This document shows positions 34,707 through 36,381 of a stretch of 36,381 nt of DNA, piece after piece; position 1 is the stretch's first letter, and every line of letters starts with the position of its first letter. The DNA lies in assembly GCA_964642325.1 (NCBI GenBank), contig CAZXOJ010000004.1, forward strand, positions 1 to 36,381. Reading direction: 5' to 3'. Made by a program: the position numbers and the translations under genes. The notes below the pieces were generated by a model that searched no databases, was not told the DNA's origin, and saw only the letters and a program-made list of their open reading frames with translations. The stretch comes from an uncultured Bacteroides sp. GTDB lineage: Bacteria > Bacteroidota > Bacteroidia > Bacteroidales > SM23-62.

Positions 34707-35895
34707 CTCTCCAGTTTTCAGGTATTAAATTCATGGACAAAGCCAGATCGATGGTATGAAGGGCCCGTTTCACCACCGGGGCATCTATCATCTTGCTGCC
34801 CAGGCTCACTACTCCCAATCCCTTCTTCTCAGCCTTCTCATAGGCATGCACAATCATTTTGGCCCTGATGATCTCCTTTTCACCGGGCTTAAAAACATCA
34901 TGGATCACCTGTATCTGCCTGGGATGTATGCAGCCCATCCCTTCAAAACCAAGCCCTTTAGAAATACGGGCCGTATCTCTCAATCCCTCTTCATTTCCAA
35001 CATCAGAATAAACTGAATCTATGGCTTGTATCCCGGCTGCCTTGCATGCATTCACCAGGCGGGTCCTGGCATACAGGGATTCATCCCCGGATGATGTGCG
35101 CCCTACCCCTAGATCGGCTGTATAGTCTTCCAGTCCAATGGCCATGGCGACTATATTTTCAGCCGAACCTGCAATCTCAAAGGCATGTTCCACCCCAAGG
35201 GCAGATTCAACAATGGGCATCAGGTAGATCTCATGACTCCCGGCCAGTTTTTCAATGTGTTCATTAACTTTATGAATTTCACCAGGTGATTCAACCTTGG
35301 GAATAAGAATGAGCTCCGGTTTCATGGGTACGACATAGTCCAGATCAGTTAATCCATCTGGCAGTTGGTTTATCCTCACCATCCTTTCCGCACCATAAAA
35401 ATCAACAGATTGCAGGGCATTCCGAACCAGGAACCGGGCTTCCTGCTTTTTTGCAGGCGCAACAGCATCTTCCAGGTCAAGAATAATTCCACAGGGATCA
35501 TGGACGCCAGCATTCAACATCATACTGGGGGTATTTCCAGGCAGGTACAAACGGGTGAAGCGGAACCTGTCACGCCGACCTCTTGCGGAACGTTGTACTT
35601 TGCTGTCGAGCAGGTACGCCCTGTCACTGTCAATTACCTGTTTCAGGGCTGCTTCAAGCCTGGCGGCAAGCACAAATTCCAGTGCCCCGCTATCCTGGAT
35701 CTCCACCCGGGCATGGGCCACTTGGAAATTCTCCAGCATCCTTATCGCCAGCTCCCGAATCGAACGTCCGTAGAGTTTTTCAACTTTACTGTCAAGGTTT
35801 ATTGTAATGCCCCCGGAACTTACTCTTTCTACCTCTACCAGGCAGTCCGACCTGATCCTGTCTCCTGCATTCCCGGCTATACCAATTTTCGCCAT
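34699..35895 (-). CDS. citDE: Fused citrate lyase gamma (acyl carrier, CitD) and beta (citryl-CoA lyase, CitE) subunits
   Basis: The N-terminal ~100 aa (IGIAGNAGDRIRSDCLVEV...SKVEKLYG...DSGALEFVLAARLEAAL) match the CitD pattern. The rest (LYLPGNTPSMM...ILDLEDAV, EMPIVES-like MPIVESA, GLEDYTADLG, GCIHPRQI) matches CitE/HpcH-type lyase. I prefer the ATG at 35895 (MAKIGIAG). The stop overlaps the citF start by 8 nt. Confidence 0.85.
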   Translation of the reverse strand: MAKIGIAGNAGDRIRSDCLVEVERVSSGGITINLDSKVEKLYGRSIRELAIRMLENFQVAHARVEIQDSGALEFVLAARLEAALKQVIDSDRAYLLDSKVQRSARGRRDRFRFTRLYLPGNTPSMMLNAGVHDPCGIILDLEDAVAPAKKQEARFLVRNALQSVDFYGAERMVRINQLPDGLTDLDYVVPMKPELILIPKVESPGEIHKVNEHIEKLAGSHEIYLMPIVESALGVEHAFEIAGSAENIVAMAIGLEDYTADLGVGRTSSGDESLYARTRLVNACKAAGIQAIDSVYSDVGNEEGLRDTARISKGLGFEGMGCIHPRQIQVIHDVFKPGEKEIIRAKMIVHAYEKAEKKGLGVVSLGSKMIDAPVVKRALHTIDLALSMNLIPENWRDE

Positions 35896-36066
35896 TTGAT
35901 GATCATTTCCACCAAAGATAGCAAGAGTTTTTTTCAAAGGGGAAGGACGGGATATGCTTAACAATATGATCTACGCTACTATATGATTAAATTAAATTAC
36001 ATAGCATTGATAATTTGGAGATTTGTCTAATTTAGTGAGGCATATTATAGCCCACACAGAATTTTA

Positions 36067-36381
36067 ATGAAAAGGATGATTTACAAACATGCAAAAATAA
36101 CTAAATGGATTTTTTGTGTTGCGTTTTTTATGTATTCAGCCGCTCTTCAGTCTCAAAGATTGAATAGTAATTCAACTCAAAAAGCAGAAATAAAAGATCT
36201 GTACCACTATAGTTCTGTATTTTCTGCGCAAAGAAATTATCGGATTTTTTTACCTCCTGGTTACAATGAGAATATTACGAAAAGATATCCTGTCATTTAT
36301 TTTTTTCATGGTTGGGCACAGCGTTATTTTGGATCAATGGGAAAGGGCTATTCCGATTATGACAAAGGCGACGAAAACAAT
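36067..36381 (+). CDS. Putative esterase-family alpha/beta hydrolase; N-terminal fragment running off the window
   Basis: My translation is MKRMIYKHAKITKWIFCVAFFMYSAALQSQ...RIFLPPGYNENITKRYPVIYFFHGW..., with a signal peptide and a PVIYFFHG oxyanion region. The frame is open to base 36381. Confidence 0.6.
   Translation, partial: MKRMIYKHAKITKWIFCVAFFMYSAALQSQRLNSNSTQKAEIKDLYHYSSVFSAQRNYRIFLPPGYNENITKRYPVIYFFHGWAQRYFGSMGKGYSDYDKGDENN

Noticed and set aside
31696-35895. Idea that the VTC (triphosphate-tunnel) protein substitutes for the missing CitG/CitX functions of the adjacent citrate lyase.
   Set aside because: The two units are convergently transcribed and separated by the DUF4956 membrane protein. 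There is no mechanistic precedent. Adjacency alone is insufficient, so the two observations are kept separate.
1-36381. Looked for CRISPR arrays, tRNA/rRNA genes, IS elements, integrases, toxin-antitoxin pairs or known defence-system hallmarks (nucleases, helicases, methyltransferases, STAND NTPases, TIR/SIR2).
   Set aside because: I saw no regularly spaced repeats. All intergenic gaps are about 220 nt or shorter and AT-rich, with no cloverleaf-like structure. No ORF carries motifs of those families. The window looks like a metabolic and envelope housekeeping or accessory region, not a defence or mobile island.

Overview
Densely coded segment (over 90% coding, genes on both strands) that looks chromosomal. 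I count 37 protein-coding genes, two of them truncated by the window edges. I found no rRNA, tRNA, CRISPR array, transposase, integrase or phage hallmark gene. Gene content suggests a Bacteroidota-type, probably anaerobic, organism. Supporting signs are lipoprotein and TAT signals, an ECF sigma/anti-sigma/beta-solenoid trio, a CBM9-like outer-membrane protein, rubredoxin and citrate lyase. This taxonomic call is inference only.

Main blocks:
- **1-8131:** exported MsrA, small lipoprotein, M20D amidohydrolase, guanylate-kinase-like protein, esterase, two tandem TAT-exported Gfo/Idh/MocA oxidoreductases and an SDR.
- **8219-9509:** ComB-like phosphatase overlapping a TlpA-like thioredoxin.
- **9527-16963:** eight-gene minus-strand efflux operon (TetR, TolC, HlyD, class-I glutamine amidotransferase, two ABC ATPases, two ABC-2 permeases), with a perfect palindromic operator candidate upstream.
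- **17182-24412:** M28/PA/PDZ lipoprotein peptidase with a membrane partner, the ECF sigma module, and a CBM9-like protein.
- **24444-31603:** isoaspartyl peptidase, CysQ with a TrkA-C-containing DASS transporter, an HD-like protein, an IDH-family dehydrogenase, PepD, and a 54-aa rubredoxin missing from the ORF track.
- **31696-33142:** overlapping VTC-domain and DUF4956 membrane-protein pair.
- **33150-35895:** two-gene citrate lyase locus with a fused CitD-CitE.

The best candidates for undescribed biology are the VTC/DUF4956 pair, a possible split bacterial polyphosphate polymerase/translocase, and the amidotransferase translationally coupled inside the efflux operon. All family calls come from motif recognition by eye. 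No database search was run.
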